From an uncultured Atribacterota bacterium (lineage in GTDB: Bacteria > Atribacterota > Phoenicimicrobiia > Phoenicimicrobiales > Stramentimicrobiaceae), in assembly GCA_964428905.1 (NCBI GenBank), contig CAYSAA010000035.1, positions 281 through 64,280 of the forward strand: a stretch of DNA of 64,000 nt, in the 5' to 3' direction. The notes under the pieces are model-generated. The model saw only the letters and a program-made list of their open reading frames with translations, made no database searches and had not been told where the DNA came from. Position 1 is the stretch's first letter; each line of letters begins with the position of its first letter. This document shows, in pieces, positions 37,351 through 47,060 of this stretch. Made by a program: the position numbers and the translations under genes.

Positions 37351-37938
37351 TTAAACATCTTCATTATTTTGATTATTGTTCAGTTTGTTTTTCATATTTT
37401 CTAATTTTTTTTCTTCATCAGAATACATTTTAATCTTGAGTTCTTCTACCGTTTTATCCTCAATATATTTTGTACCCGCTTCTTCCGGTTCTTCCTCTTT
37501 TTCTTCATCAAGCATTCGCATATGAAGTTTTAAGGAATTTTTAAATTTTTCTAAAATAAGAGACTTTCTTTTTCTAAGTGCTTCAATTTCATTCGTGATG
37601 TCATAAAGTTCCCGTTTTGCCTGCTGCTTTATATTCTCAGCATCAATTCTGGCATTATCAATCATCACCTGGGTTTCTTTTTGCACATTTTCCTTAATGG
37701 TTGCAGCGCTTTGCTGAGCATTGACCAAAGCAGTTCTCAAAGTTTCTTCCATCCTGGAATACTCTTCCAGTCTTGACTGAAGCTTCTCTATTTCTTCTTT
37801 GAGTTTGATATTTTCATTAAGTATATCTTCGTAATCCTTGGCAACACGGTCTAAAAAGTTATCAACCTCTTCTTCGTTGTAACCTCTAAACGATCTTCCG
37901 AACTGTTGTTGCTCTATATCCATTGGCGTAATTCTCAT
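37351..37938 (-). CDS. divIVA: DivIVA-domain cell-division protein
   Basis: 195 aa. Canonical N-terminus MRITPMDIEQQQFGRSFRGYNEEEVDNFLDRV followed by coiled coil. Confidence 0.9.
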   Translation of the reverse strand: MRITPMDIEQQQFGRSFRGYNEEEVDNFLDRVAKDYEDILNENIKLKEEIEKLQSRLEEYSRMEETLRTALVNAQQSAATIKENVQKETQVMIDNARIDAENIKQQAKRELYDITNEIEALRKRKSLILEKFKNSLKLHMRMLDEEKEEEPEEAGTKYIEDKTVEELKIKMYSDEEKKLENMKNKLNNNQNNEDV

Positions 37939-38005
37939 CCGTAGTCCTCCTTATATTTGCTGCCTGTTTTCGCTTTATTTGAGCGATTATTTTTGTGTCA
38001 GCAAA

Positions 38006-38275
38006 TTAATAATACAAATTAACAATCAGTCTTATTAGAGCTGTTCTTAATAAATTGAGTAAAAAAAACACAATAATGGGAGATAAATCAATCCCCATTC
38101 CGCCTAACGGTAAAATAACACGAAAAGGAGCCAGGACTGGTTCGGTAACTTGATAGATGAACCTTACAACTGGATTTGTCCGGTCAACTCGAAACCAGGA
38201 TAAAAATATTCTGGCTAAAATAATATAACCATATATTCTAAACAAATTATCAATAATGTTAATTAATACATACAT
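38006..38275 (-). CDS. yggT: YggT-family membrane protein
   Basis: 89 aa, two TM segments. The ARIFLSWF...P.......TEP.L.P.R pattern is typical of YggT/Ycf19. Confidence 0.85.
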   Translation of the reverse strand: MYVLINIIDNLFRIYGYIILARIFLSWFRVDRTNPVVRFIYQVTEPVLAPFRVILPLGGMGIDLSPIIVFFLLNLLRTALIRLIVNLYY

Positions 38276-38283
38276 ATAATTTA

Positions 38284-38985
38284 CTATCTTTCTCCATTTT
38301 GTGCAATTTTCTGTTTGATTCTTTCACCATTTACCATGTAAATAACTCTTTCAGCTAAATTACCGGCATGATCTCCGATCCTCTCCAGGTTATCTGCAAT
38401 AAATATTAAATGAATAGCCCGGCTGATGGTATGAGGATCTTCCAACATAAAAGTAAGCAATTCACGAAATATCTGCTGATTCAATTGATCAACCAGCTTA
38501 TCCTTTTCCCAGACAGACCTGGCCAGATCAACATCACCCCTGAGGTAGGCATCCAGACTTTCCTGCAACATACTCTGCGTTATTTCCGCCATTCTTGGTA
38601 TATCTATTAATGGTTTTACTAATGGTTTAGATGATAAATACTGACTTGCTCCGGCAATGTTAGCTGCACGATCACCTACTCTTTCCAGTTCGGAAATTGT
38701 TTTTATTCCGCTGGTGATGACCCGTAACTTTTTTGATACCGGATGTTTCAATGCAATCAGCTGCAGGCATTGTTCTTCGATGTCCAGCTCCATTCGATCA
38801 ATCTTCTCATCACCATCAATCACCTGTTGTGCAAGTTGCTGGTCTTTTTGGACCAGAGACTGTATTGCCTGTTCCAAAGAATCTTGGACCAATTTTGACA
38901 TACTGATCAGGTTATCCCGTAAATCAGCAAACTCCCCGTTAAAAAGTGCTATTAGTTCTTTATCTTCATTACTTTTTTGGTTCAT
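38284..38985 (-). CDS. phoU: Phosphate signalling complex protein PhoU
   Basis: 233 aa. Two PhoU repeats with the ELERVGDRA / NLERIGDHA motifs. Confidence 0.9.
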   Translation of the reverse strand: MNQKSNEDKELIALFNGEFADLRDNLISMSKLVQDSLEQAIQSLVQKDQQLAQQVIDGDEKIDRMELDIEEQCLQLIALKHPVSKKLRVITSGIKTISELERVGDRAANIAGASQYLSSKPLVKPLIDIPRMAEITQSMLQESLDAYLRGDVDLARSVWEKDKLVDQLNQQIFRELLTFMLEDPHTISRAIHLIFIADNLERIGDHAGNLAERVIYMVNGERIKQKIAQNGER

Positions 38986-39040
38986 CTACTCTTCTTCCCG
39001 ATATAACATATAAAAAAATTAGATTTGATGACTTTTATAT

Positions 39041-39069
39041 AATATAACAAAAAAGACCTTTTATTTCAA
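39041..39069 (-). promoter_or_regulatory. Sigma-70-type promoter for phoU (TTGAAA-17-TATATT)
   Basis: On the minus strand, TTGAAA (39069-39064), a 17-nt spacer, then TATATT (39046-39041), about 55 nt upstream of the phoU ATG. The AT-rich background makes chance matches likely. Confidence 0.4.
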
Positions 39070-39204
39070 TTATTTTAATAATAAACAAAACCAATGACCA
39101 AGATGCACTGAATTGCTTGTTTCACACAATTTGTCTAATGCAATCAGGTCAAAGGTTTTAAAAAAATTTTCTTTGTAATCTTCTATTTTTGTGTAACGAA
39201 AAAA

Positions 39205-39954
39205 TCAGGTTACTTTATTTCTGTGCTTTTTCAAAGCTGCACCGCCCAGATAGGCTTCCTGTACTTTTTTATTATCTTTCAGTTCTGAAGAAAGACCACT
39301 GATCGTTATATTTCCGGTTTCCAATACATAGCCCCGGTGAGATATAGCCAGAGCCTTTCTGGCATTCTGCTCCACAAGGAGAATGGCAACACCTTGCTCA
39401 TTGATTTCTTTAATTATTTTAAAAATTTGTTTCACCAACAAAGGGGCAAGACCTAAAGACGGTTCATCTAAAAGTAATAATTGGGGATCACTCATTAACC
39501 CTCTTCCGATAGCCAGCATCTGCTGCTCACCACCCGATAAGGTACCGGCTAATTGACTCTTCCTCCTTTTTAGAATTGGAAATAGATCATAAGCACGATC
39601 CTTTCTCTCTGAAACAAGTTGAGGATCACCTCTGCGGTTAAAAGCTCCCAGGTTTAAATTTTCTTCTACCGACAAGGTAGCAAAAACATGTCTTCCTTCA
39701 GGCACATGGGAAATACCGTCAATAACAATTTTATAGGCTTCTCTTTTCTTGAGAGATGTGTCAAGGAATAGCATTTCACCTGTTCGAACTGGAACAAGTC
39801 CGGAGATTGCTCTGAGTAATGTACTCTTTCCGGCACCGTTGGCACCCAGAACACTTACAATTTCACCCTTAGCAACATCAAGGGAAATTCCTTTTAAGGC
39901 TTGAATTGATCCATAATAAATATGGAGATCACTGATCTTTAATAAAGTCTCCAT
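39205..39954 (-). CDS. livF: Branched-chain amino-acid ABC transporter ATP-binding protein (LivF type)
   Basis: 249 aa. Motifs GANGAGKSTLL, LSGGEQQMLAIGRGL and LLLLDEPS. Confidence 0.9.
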   Translation of the reverse strand: METLLKISDLHIYYGSIQALKGISLDVAKGEIVSVLGANGAGKSTLLRAISGLVPVRTGEMLFLDTSLKKREAYKIVIDGISHVPEGRHVFATLSVEENLNLGAFNRRGDPQLVSERKDRAYDLFPILKRRKSQLAGTLSGGEQQMLAIGRGLMSDPQLLLLDEPSLGLAPLLVKQIFKIIKEINEQGVAILLVEQNARKALAISHRGYVLETGNITISGLSSELKDNKKVQEAYLGGAALKKHRNKVT

Positions 39955-39959
39955 CAGAA

Positions 39960-40787
39960 CTACATTTCCTCCTCTTCTTCCTTCCCCAGATATGCTTCAA
40001 TAACAAGCGGATTACTATAAACTTCTTCGGGTTTTCCTTCGGCAATTTTTTTACCTTCATCCATGACGGTAACCCAATCGGAAATTCCCATAACCACGTT
40101 CATATCATGTTCAATCAGTAAAATGGTTAGGTCTTCTTTGATAATTTCATCAAGAAAATTCATTAAATCTTCAGATTCCTTGTCATTCAGACCACTACTT
40201 GGCTCATCAAGTATCAGCAAATAGGGATTACTTGCTAATGCCCGGGCGATCTCTAACATTCTTTGATTTCCATAGGCAATATTTTTAGCCAGCTCATGCT
40301 TATAGGCAATTAAGCCAACCTGTTCAAGTCTTCTTTCTGCAATTTCTTGAATTTTCTGCTCCTCTTTAATCTGAGACGGCAATCGAAAGATTGTAGGCCA
40401 GATGCCCGATTGACTCCGGGCATGTTGCCCGGACATCACATTTTCCAGACAGGTCATATTTTGAAAAAGTCGAATATTTTGAAAGGTTCGTGCTATCCCT
40501 TTGGAAAGTATCTGATGTGGTTTTAAACCCAATATCTTTTCCCCTTTAAAAAAATATTGCCCGTCATCAGGTTGGTAAATACCAGTGATAACATTGAAAA
40601 CTGTTGTCTTGCCGGCACCATTAGGTCCGATAATACTACTGATCTTACCTTTGGCAACTTTTAAATCAATCTGATTAACAGCAATAAGTCCACCAAATCG
40701 CTTGGTTAATTTATCGGTTTCCAGCACAATTTCAGTGTCAGCGCTATTTACAATCTTTTTTTCTTTTTCCTCAACTTGATTTTCCAT
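39960..40787 (-). CDS. livG: Branched-chain amino-acid ABC transporter ATP-binding protein (LivG type)
   Basis: Motifs GPNGAGKTT, the LivG-specific C-terminal region and LILDEPSSGL. I prefer the ATG at 40787, which overlaps the livM stop by 1 nt (TAATG). The track start at 40856 overlaps livM by 70 nt. Confidence 0.88.
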   Translation of the reverse strand: MENQVEEKEKKIVNSADTEIVLETDKLTKRFGGLIAVNQIDLKVAKGKISSIIGPNGAGKTTVFNVITGIYQPDDGQYFFKGEKILGLKPHQILSKGIARTFQNIRLFQNMTCLENVMSGQHARSQSGIWPTIFRLPSQIKEEQKIQEIAERRLEQVGLIAYKHELAKNIAYGNQRMLEIARALASNPYLLILDEPSSGLNDKESEDLMNFLDEIIKEDLTILLIEHDMNVVMGISDWVTVMDEGKKIAEGKPEEVYSNPLVIEAYLGKEEEEEM

Positions 40788-41794
40788 TATATCTCGCTCT
40801 TCCCTGCCTTTATTAGCATTGATTCGGTTTGTAATTTCCCTCTCTGTCTTGGCCATACACCCCCGGGTCGAAACATCATCATTAATACCATTGCCATACC
40901 AAATACTAACATGCGGTATTGGGCAAATGGTCTAAATATTTCCGGAAAAAGTGAAATTGCAGCGGCACCAATAAATATACCGGGAATAGAACCCATACCA
41001 CCTATCAAGACGATACTAAATAACATACAGGATTCCATAAAAATAAAACTTTCTGGGGAGACTACCATTAACTTACTAGCATAAATACTACCTGCTACAC
41101 CGGCTAAAGCAGCACCTAATATAAAGGCAAGTAATTTATAATACCGGACATCAATCCCGGATGCCTCTGCTGCAATAACGTCTTCACGAATACAGTTCCA
41201 GGCTCTGCCAATTCTGGAACCCTGTAAGCGAATCAGAGAAATAACACTTAAACCAACTATAATCCAGATAAAGTAATAATATTTAAGACAACTATCAATA
41301 ATAAACAAATTACCGATTGAGGGGAAACAGATACCAAAAACCCCATTCGGCCCACCGGTAATACCAAAGGGATTATTAATCAAGGTCAGTCTCACGATTT
41401 CACCCATACCAATCGTAACAATACATAAATAATCTCCTCGAAGATGTATAATAGGCGAGGTGACCAAATAGGCAAAAATTGCTGCAGCAATAGCACTAAC
41501 TGGTAATAAAACTAAGACAGGTATACCGTAGCTGGTATTTAAAATGGCAGTGGTATAGGCACCGATAGCGGCAAACCCCATGTGTCCCAAATCAAATAAC
41601 CCGACTTCTCCTAAAACAATATTCAGACTTAGTCCCAATAAGGTATAAATGCCAAAGAAAAAGGCAACATCAATGATATAATCACTTTTAATCACCAAAG
41701 GAAAAACAATGAATAGAAGTGTTACCACAATAGCAAACCAATTATCTCTTATTTTAACACTATAGTTCTTATCAATTTTATTTTTTACATTCAT
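40787..41794 (-). CDS. livM: Branched-chain amino-acid ABC transporter permease (LivM type)
   Basis: 335 aa, polytopic. Position in the operon is consistent with LivM. Confidence 0.85.
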   Translation of the reverse strand: MNVKNKIDKNYSVKIRDNWFAIVVTLLFIVFPLVIKSDYIIDVAFFFGIYTLLGLSLNIVLGEVGLFDLGHMGFAAIGAYTTAILNTSYGIPVLVLLPVSAIAAAIFAYLVTSPIIHLRGDYLCIVTIGMGEIVRLTLINNPFGITGGPNGVFGICFPSIGNLFIIDSCLKYYYFIWIIVGLSVISLIRLQGSRIGRAWNCIREDVIAAEASGIDVRYYKLLAFILGAALAGVAGSIYASKLMVVSPESFIFMESCMLFSIVLIGGMGSIPGIFIGAAAISLFPEIFRPFAQYRMLVFGMAMVLMMMFRPGGVWPRQRGKLQTESMLIKAGKSEI

Positions 41795-41806
41795 TTTCCG
41801 CTATCC

Positions 41807-42718
41807 TTATACCTTTTCTGCCACTTTTTCACCAAGAAGACCGGTTGGCCTAAAAATTAAAACAAGTATCAAAATGAGAAAAACAAAGACATCCTTGTAG
41901 GCAGTAGAAATATAGACAGATCCCAACATTTCTAATATCCCCAAAAGAAGGCCACCTAACATAGCTCCGGGAATATTGCCTATGCCACCCAAAATGGTAG
42001 CCGTAAATGCTTTAAGGCCATAATTCCAACCCATAATAAATGTTATCTTCCGATAGTACATCCCTACCATTACACCGGCAGTCCCCCCCAAAGCAGGACC
42101 AAGTGCAAAAATAAAAAAGATGATTAAGTTGATGTTTATACCCATCAAAGCAGCCGTCTCTCTGTCCAGTGCTGAAGCTCTAATAGCTGCACCGAAAGTT
42201 GTTTTTTGAATTACATAATAAAGTATTCCCATGAATAAAAAAGATAAAAAAAGAATGATTATCTGCAAAATTGTTATACGCAATCCGCCTATGTTCAGCA
42301 TAACATTGGGAATCACATTTGAAGTGTAAGCCTGGGGCCGTGCACCCCAGATAACCATAATCGCATTTTGTATAATAATTGAAACACCCAAAGCAGATAC
42401 AACTGCAGGCAAGCGACCTGCTGGATAAATCGGACGATAAGCTAACCGCTCGACAATAAGGCCCATGACACCTATACCGATTGCGGCTACTACCATAGCC
42501 GCAATCATTCCACCCCAAACACCAAAGGCAGAGGTTACATAGGCTGTCCCCATTACCAACAAGGTATACCCAAGAAAAGAACCAAGAGTAAATAGGTCAC
42601 CATGAGCAAAATTAATTAATTTCATAACACCATACACCATGGAATAACCCAATGCAATCAAGGCATAAAAAGATCCAATAGTCAATCCATTTAAAAGCTG
42701 TTCAATAATTAATTTCAT
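41807..42718 (-). CDS. livH: Branched-chain amino-acid ABC transporter permease (LivH type)
   Basis: 303 aa. N-terminus MKLIIEQLLNGLTIGSFYALIALGYSMVYG is typical of LivH. Confidence 0.88.
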   Translation of the reverse strand: MKLIIEQLLNGLTIGSFYALIALGYSMVYGVMKLINFAHGDLFTLGSFLGYTLLVMGTAYVTSAFGVWGGMIAAMVVAAIGIGVMGLIVERLAYRPIYPAGRLPAVVSALGVSIIIQNAIMVIWGARPQAYTSNVIPNVMLNIGGLRITILQIIILFLSFLFMGILYYVIQKTTFGAAIRASALDRETAALMGININLIIFFIFALGPALGGTAGVMVGMYYRKITFIMGWNYGLKAFTATILGGIGNIPGAMLGGLLLGILEMLGSVYISTAYKDVFVFLILILVLIFRPTGLLGEKVAEKV

Positions 42719-42751
42719 TAACCTCTACCTCAATAATCAGTTATTTTTTAC

Positions 42752-43909
42752 TTACCTTTCCACTATGGAATAACTTCCATCATCATTAACCACATACAGG
42801 TTAATTCCAGTTCCTACGCGGTCTCCTTTTTCGTCAAATCCGATAGGCCCGGTAATGCTGGGGAATTCTTTCAACTCATTTTTTAGGTAATCAACCAGTA
42901 CATCCGAGTCGGTAGAACCGGATTTATCAATGGCTTCCGCCAGTACCATCAAGGCATCTCCGGCATATACAGACCAGGGACTTGATGGCAGATTACCATA
43001 AGCCTCTTTATAATTTTCTTTAAATTCTACAGCTTCCGGGTTAGTAAAGTATTCAATAAGCGCTTCCTGTGTTTGATAACAACCGGCAGCATATTCCAAT
43101 CCTGCTATCCTGATAAAATCCTCATTAATGGCAGCGTCTCCTCCCACAAAAGGCACATCAATTCCAATCTCTCTAGCCTGCCTAATAATCAAGCCAGCTT
43201 CCGGGAACATTGCAGTGTAATAGAAAATATCCGGATTCGTTTCTCTTAATTTCGTTAGAGGAACGGTATAATCAGATTCACCGGGAGTAATACCGTCAAA
43301 ATACACTAACTCCACTTCTCCACTATCAATATGAGCCTGTAGAGCCTTTTTTGTTTCTTCAGCTAATCCTAATGAGAAAGTGTTATTGTCATGCATGATA
43401 GCTATTCTTTTAGCACCAAAATAAGGTACTACCTCATCGGCAAAGAATTTTCCCTGAGTATCAGTCCGGCCACAGGTACGGAAGAAATACTTTAACCCTC
43501 TTTCAGATAGATCTGTGTTAGTTGCACCGTAAGCAATGTTTATCATTTTAGCTTTTTCATAAATATCCGAAGTAGCCTGAACAAGTGGAGAACCATAGGT
43601 AGAAATTACTGCAACTATTTCATCCATTGAAATAAATTTTGTGGCTGCCAAGGCACCGGCTCTAGGCTGGAAGGCATCATCTGCTACTTCAACTTCAATC
43701 ATTCGCCCATCCAGAATTCCACCTTTTTCATTAATCATCCGAGCTGCTGTTTCGGCACATTGCTTGGCCATTTCTCCTTCTATGGCATAATCCCCGGTGA
43801 TTGGAGCCTGCAAACCAATTACGACAGGTTCTTTCTGGGCTAAAGAATTGAACGATAAGCACAAAGCAACAATGAATACTACAATAAGAATATTTTTGAT
43901 TCGTTTCAT
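42752..43909 (-). CDS. Amino-acid ABC substrate-binding protein (LivJ/LivK family, Peripla_BP_6)
   Basis: 385 aa. Signal peptide ends ...NSLAQKEP. IGLQAPITGDYA is typical of the family. Confidence 0.85.
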   Translation of the reverse strand: MKRIKNILIVVFIVALCLSFNSLAQKEPVVIGLQAPITGDYAIEGEMAKQCAETAARMINEKGGILDGRMIEVEVADDAFQPRAGALAATKFISMDEIVAVISTYGSPLVQATSDIYEKAKMINIAYGATNTDLSERGLKYFFRTCGRTDTQGKFFADEVVPYFGAKRIAIMHDNNTFSLGLAEETKKALQAHIDSGEVELVYFDGITPGESDYTVPLTKLRETNPDIFYYTAMFPEAGLIIRQAREIGIDVPFVGGDAAINEDFIRIAGLEYAAGCYQTQEALIEYFTNPEAVEFKENYKEAYGNLPSSPWSVYAGDALMVLAEAIDKSGSTDSDVLVDYLKNELKEFPSITGPIGFDEKGDRVGTGINLYVVNDDGSYSIVER

Positions 43910-44044
43910 ATTTTCCTCCTTAAATTAATTTATAAAATAAACATGGTATATTATCACTGATTCTAATCTATAAATATTCACCTCCTTTGAAACTCTCAGA
44001 TATTAAAGTTCAGGGTCTAAAATTCACACTATCAGATAATAAAC

Positions 44045-45199
44045 CTAAACCACGGATGGTTCTAAAATCAATTCACCCCTTTTAAAACGACCAATATCCA
44101 ACTTTTCAATGGGCAGTTCTGACTCTTCTTCCAGCATATATTCTGCCAGCATCTTCCCCGATACAGGAGCAAGCATATAGCCATGGCCGCTAAAACCAAC
44201 TGACATATAATAGCCATTCAATTGAGGATGTTCTCCTAAAATAGGCTGAGAATCAGGGCTCATGATATAAGAACCTGACCATTGTCGAACCATATGGATA
44301 TTTTTTAATACAGGCACTAATTGCGTCATTTTTTTAGCCATTGTACTGGCGAATTGCCAGGTTGACCTCAGGTCATGCCCAATGATTTCATTTTCAGGAT
44401 CCCCATAGCCACCAATAATAGTTCCATTAGGGAGTTGCTGAAAATAAAAATTTCGTGAAAAAGACATTAACATGGGACCCCATAATGGTTCTATCGGTTC
44501 GGTAATCAATATTTGATGTCTTTGAGCATAGACCGGTATCTCGACTCGGGCAATTTCTCCCACCTCTTTAGCGTATCCTCCCGCTGCATTGACTACCTTA
44601 CGAGTAAATATTCGTCCTTTATCAGTTAAAACAGCTTTCACTTGATTCTGCTCTGATTCAATTGCAATGGCTTCTGTAAATCGATATATTTTTACACCTA
44701 GTCTTTGTGCAGCCTCGGCATAAGCAAAAGTGGTTAAAAGCGGATTAGCATTGCCATCCGTGGGACAATAACTTGCTGCCAGAACATCCTCTATATTTAG
44801 CAAAGCTACTATTTCTTTTGCCTCTTGCGGTGTAACCAATTTAGATACAATGCCCAGACTTTGTTCCAATTGAACATTTTTCTTAAATTGTACCAGTTCT
44901 TTTTCTGTATAAGCTAAAATAAGATAACCATTTTGGTTAAATTCAATATCGTAATCCAGCTCTGCACTTAATTGTTCCAATATTCTAACACTTTCTCTGG
45001 CCAGAACACAATTCATTTCGGTACCAAATTGCTGACGGACACCTGCAGCACACCTACCGGATGAGCCCGCGGCACAAGTTTTTTTCTCTAATATTACAAT
45101 ATTTTTTTGACCTTTTTTTGCCAAATTGTAAGCAATACTGCATCCCTGTACACCACCACCGATAATAACCACATCCGCACTCTTAATCATCCTTATCAC
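44045..45199 (-). CDS. FAD-dependent amino-acid oxidoreductase (sarcosine oxidase beta / HcnC / proline dehydrogenase beta-like, DAO family)
   Basis: 384 aa. N-terminal ADVVIIGGGVQGCSIAYNLAKKG...ILEK dinucleotide fold. Confidence 0.8.
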   Translation of the reverse strand: MIRMIKSADVVIIGGGVQGCSIAYNLAKKGQKNIVILEKKTCAAGSSGRCAAGVRQQFGTEMNCVLARESVRILEQLSAELDYDIEFNQNGYLILAYTEKELVQFKKNVQLEQSLGIVSKLVTPQEAKEIVALLNIEDVLAASYCPTDGNANPLLTTFAYAEAAQRLGVKIYRFTEAIAIESEQNQVKAVLTDKGRIFTRKVVNAAGGYAKEVGEIARVEIPVYAQRHQILITEPIEPLWGPMLMSFSRNFYFQQLPNGTIIGGYGDPENEIIGHDLRSTWQFASTMAKKMTQLVPVLKNIHMVRQWSGSYIMSPDSQPILGEHPQLNGYYMSVGFSGHGYMLAPVSGKMLAEYMLEEESELPIEKLDIGRFKRGELILEPSVV

Positions 45200-45455
45200 C
45201 TGCCAGTGTCCCCAATGGTATAGGTCTGGTGGGAGGACGAAATGTAGACAGCGGAATATCTTCTACCTTCTTATTGAGATACCTGGCAATGGCATGCAAG
45301 AGAATTCTCTGGCAGGTTTTTCCTTGGCATGGACCCATCCCAGCTCTGGTAATGCGCTTGATTTCATCTAATGTGGTATAACCATTATCCAGCTGTTTTC
45401 TGACCTCTCCCCAGGTGACATCTTCACAACGACAGATAATAGTATTATCATCCAT
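45183..45455 (-). CDS. BFD-like [2Fe-2S]-binding small protein
   Basis: 90 aa. ICRCEDVTWGEV...TRAGMGPCQGKTCQ matches the Cys pattern of BFD-like [2Fe-2S] domains. Confidence 0.8.
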   Translation of the reverse strand: MDDNTIICRCEDVTWGEVRKQLDNGYTTLDEIKRITRAGMGPCQGKTCQRILLHAIARYLNKKVEDIPLSTFRPPTRPIPLGTLAGDKDD

Positions 45456-45945
45456 TTTGCTGTTCCTCCACCTTGATATTACGAATGACCATTGCTAATT
45501 CCTTCGGGACAATAATTGAAATAACATTGGTCTTATTTTTTGTTTTTAATACCCTGTCTACTTTTGCATCAGCCATTTTTTGTCCTGCCCGGTCTAACCC
45601 GGAAACAATCTGACCCTTTTGGGGAACAGGGAGTAATTCATAGGGAAGTTTAATCAGTGCCTCTGTATCCGAATAGCTCATATCTACCACAAAGATAGCC
45701 AAACCCGGACATGCTGCAATACATAGTCCGCAACCGGTACACTTACTGTAATCTACTGCAGGTAGATCATTAATATCCTCAAAAGGCATGATAGCTCCGG
45801 AAGGACAACTGGCAGCACAGGGATCACAGGGAATATGTTGAAAGCATTCTACCATCACGACCGGACCCTTGGCTAAAGCTTCCGGAGAGGGAATAACCTT
45901 TGCCAACTCTTTTTCTGTTGGTATGCCATTAGTGGGAATAGACAT
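45448..45945 (-). CDS. 2x[4Fe-4S] ferredoxin-domain protein
   Basis: CDPCAASCP and CTGCGLCIAACP motifs. I prefer the ATG at 45945 (AAGGAGGGG 4 nt upstream). The track start at 45999 overlaps the upstream gene by 71 nt. Confidence 0.8.
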   Translation of the reverse strand: MSIPTNGIPTEKELAKVIPSPEALAKGPVVMVECFQHIPCDPCAASCPSGAIMPFEDINDLPAVDYSKCTGCGLCIAACPGLAIFVVDMSYSDTEALIKLPYELLPVPQKGQIVSGLDRAGQKMADAKVDRVLKTKNKTNVISIIVPKELAMVIRNIKVEEQQNG

Positions 45946-47044
45946 GAGCCCCTCCTTTTTTGATGGTTGCTTTTTGTATACCCCTGGTGATTGCTTCACT
46001 CATAGGATTATTTCGTAACTGAAACAACTCTTTTTTAAACCGGTCATTCAGTTGATGGTATTCTTGGTGATAAAAACCTAAACTGGCTGCCGCATTTAAA
46101 CCGGCAATCTGTCCTTCCACCATAGCACTGCTGGCCTCCTCAATGCCAGTAACATCTCCAGCAATATAGATCTGACTATGGGTAGTCTTCATGTTCTCAT
46201 CTCGTTGGGCTACATAACCACATAGTTCAGGAATATAGACCATTTGACAATCTGCCTGCCATAAAAGTTCGGTTAAGGGGGAAAGCCCCACAGCCAGACA
46301 GACAGTATCTACCATAAGCTCTCTTTCAGTTCCCGGGATAAAATGAAAATCTTTATCAATAGTACAGACAGTTACGCTTTCCACTGCCTCACTGCCCTGA
46401 ACTTCCTTTAAGGTACAGGAGGTATAGATAGGAACACCCAGTCTTCTTATTTTACTGGCATGTACCCAATAGCCGCCGACACAGGACATGGCTTCTACAA
46501 TGGCTTTGACTTCTATACCGGCCTGCATCAGCTGATAGGATACAATCAAACCAATGTTACCGGCACCAACCATGAGCACTGCTTGACCTGGGATAACCCC
46601 ATAAACATTCATCAGGGTCTGCACGGCTCCGGCACCGTAGACACCAGGTAAATCATTATTGATAAAGGGAAGCATGTTCTCAGAGGCACCGGTAGCCACA
46701 ATGACCCGGCGAGGTTTGACTTTGATCATCTCATCACCATCAAGCCCTTTTAGAATAGTCAACACACCATCCGGATAATAACCGGTGACAGTGGCCTGGG
46801 TTAAAACATCAATATAGGGAGATTGCTTAATCTCACGGATAAAATTTCTGGCAATATCAATACCCCGGATTCCGGCAAACTGTTTGGTAGAACCAAAAAA
46901 CTTATGAGTCTGCTTGATGAGCTGTCCTCCCAATTGAAGGCCGTCATCGACTAATAGGACGCTTGCAGCACAGGAAGCAGCTGTCAAGGTTGCAGCCAGA
47001 CCAGCCGGTCCTCCTCCCACAATAACAATATCATACTCTTTCAA
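45929..47044 (-). CDS. NAD(P)/FAD-dependent oxidoreductase (pyridine-nucleotide-disulfide type; HcnB / OoxA / SoxA-N-like)
   Basis: 371 aa. YDIVIVGGGPAGLAA at the N-terminus and a second Rossmann motif, LMVGAGNIGLIV. Confidence 0.8.
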   Translation of the reverse strand: MKEYDIVIVGGGPAGLAATLTAASCAASVLLVDDGLQLGGQLIKQTHKFFGSTKQFAGIRGIDIARNFIREIKQSPYIDVLTQATVTGYYPDGVLTILKGLDGDEMIKVKPRRVIVATGASENMLPFINNDLPGVYGAGAVQTLMNVYGVIPGQAVLMVGAGNIGLIVSYQLMQAGIEVKAIVEAMSCVGGYWVHASKIRRLGVPIYTSCTLKEVQGSEAVESVTVCTIDKDFHFIPGTERELMVDTVCLAVGLSPLTELLWQADCQMVYIPELCGYVAQRDENMKTTHSQIYIAGDVTGIEEASSAMVEGQIAGLNAAASLGFYHQEYHQLNDRFKKELFQLRNNPMSEAITRGIQKATIKKGGAHVYSH

Positions 47045-47060
47045 CGTTTCACCTTCTTTT

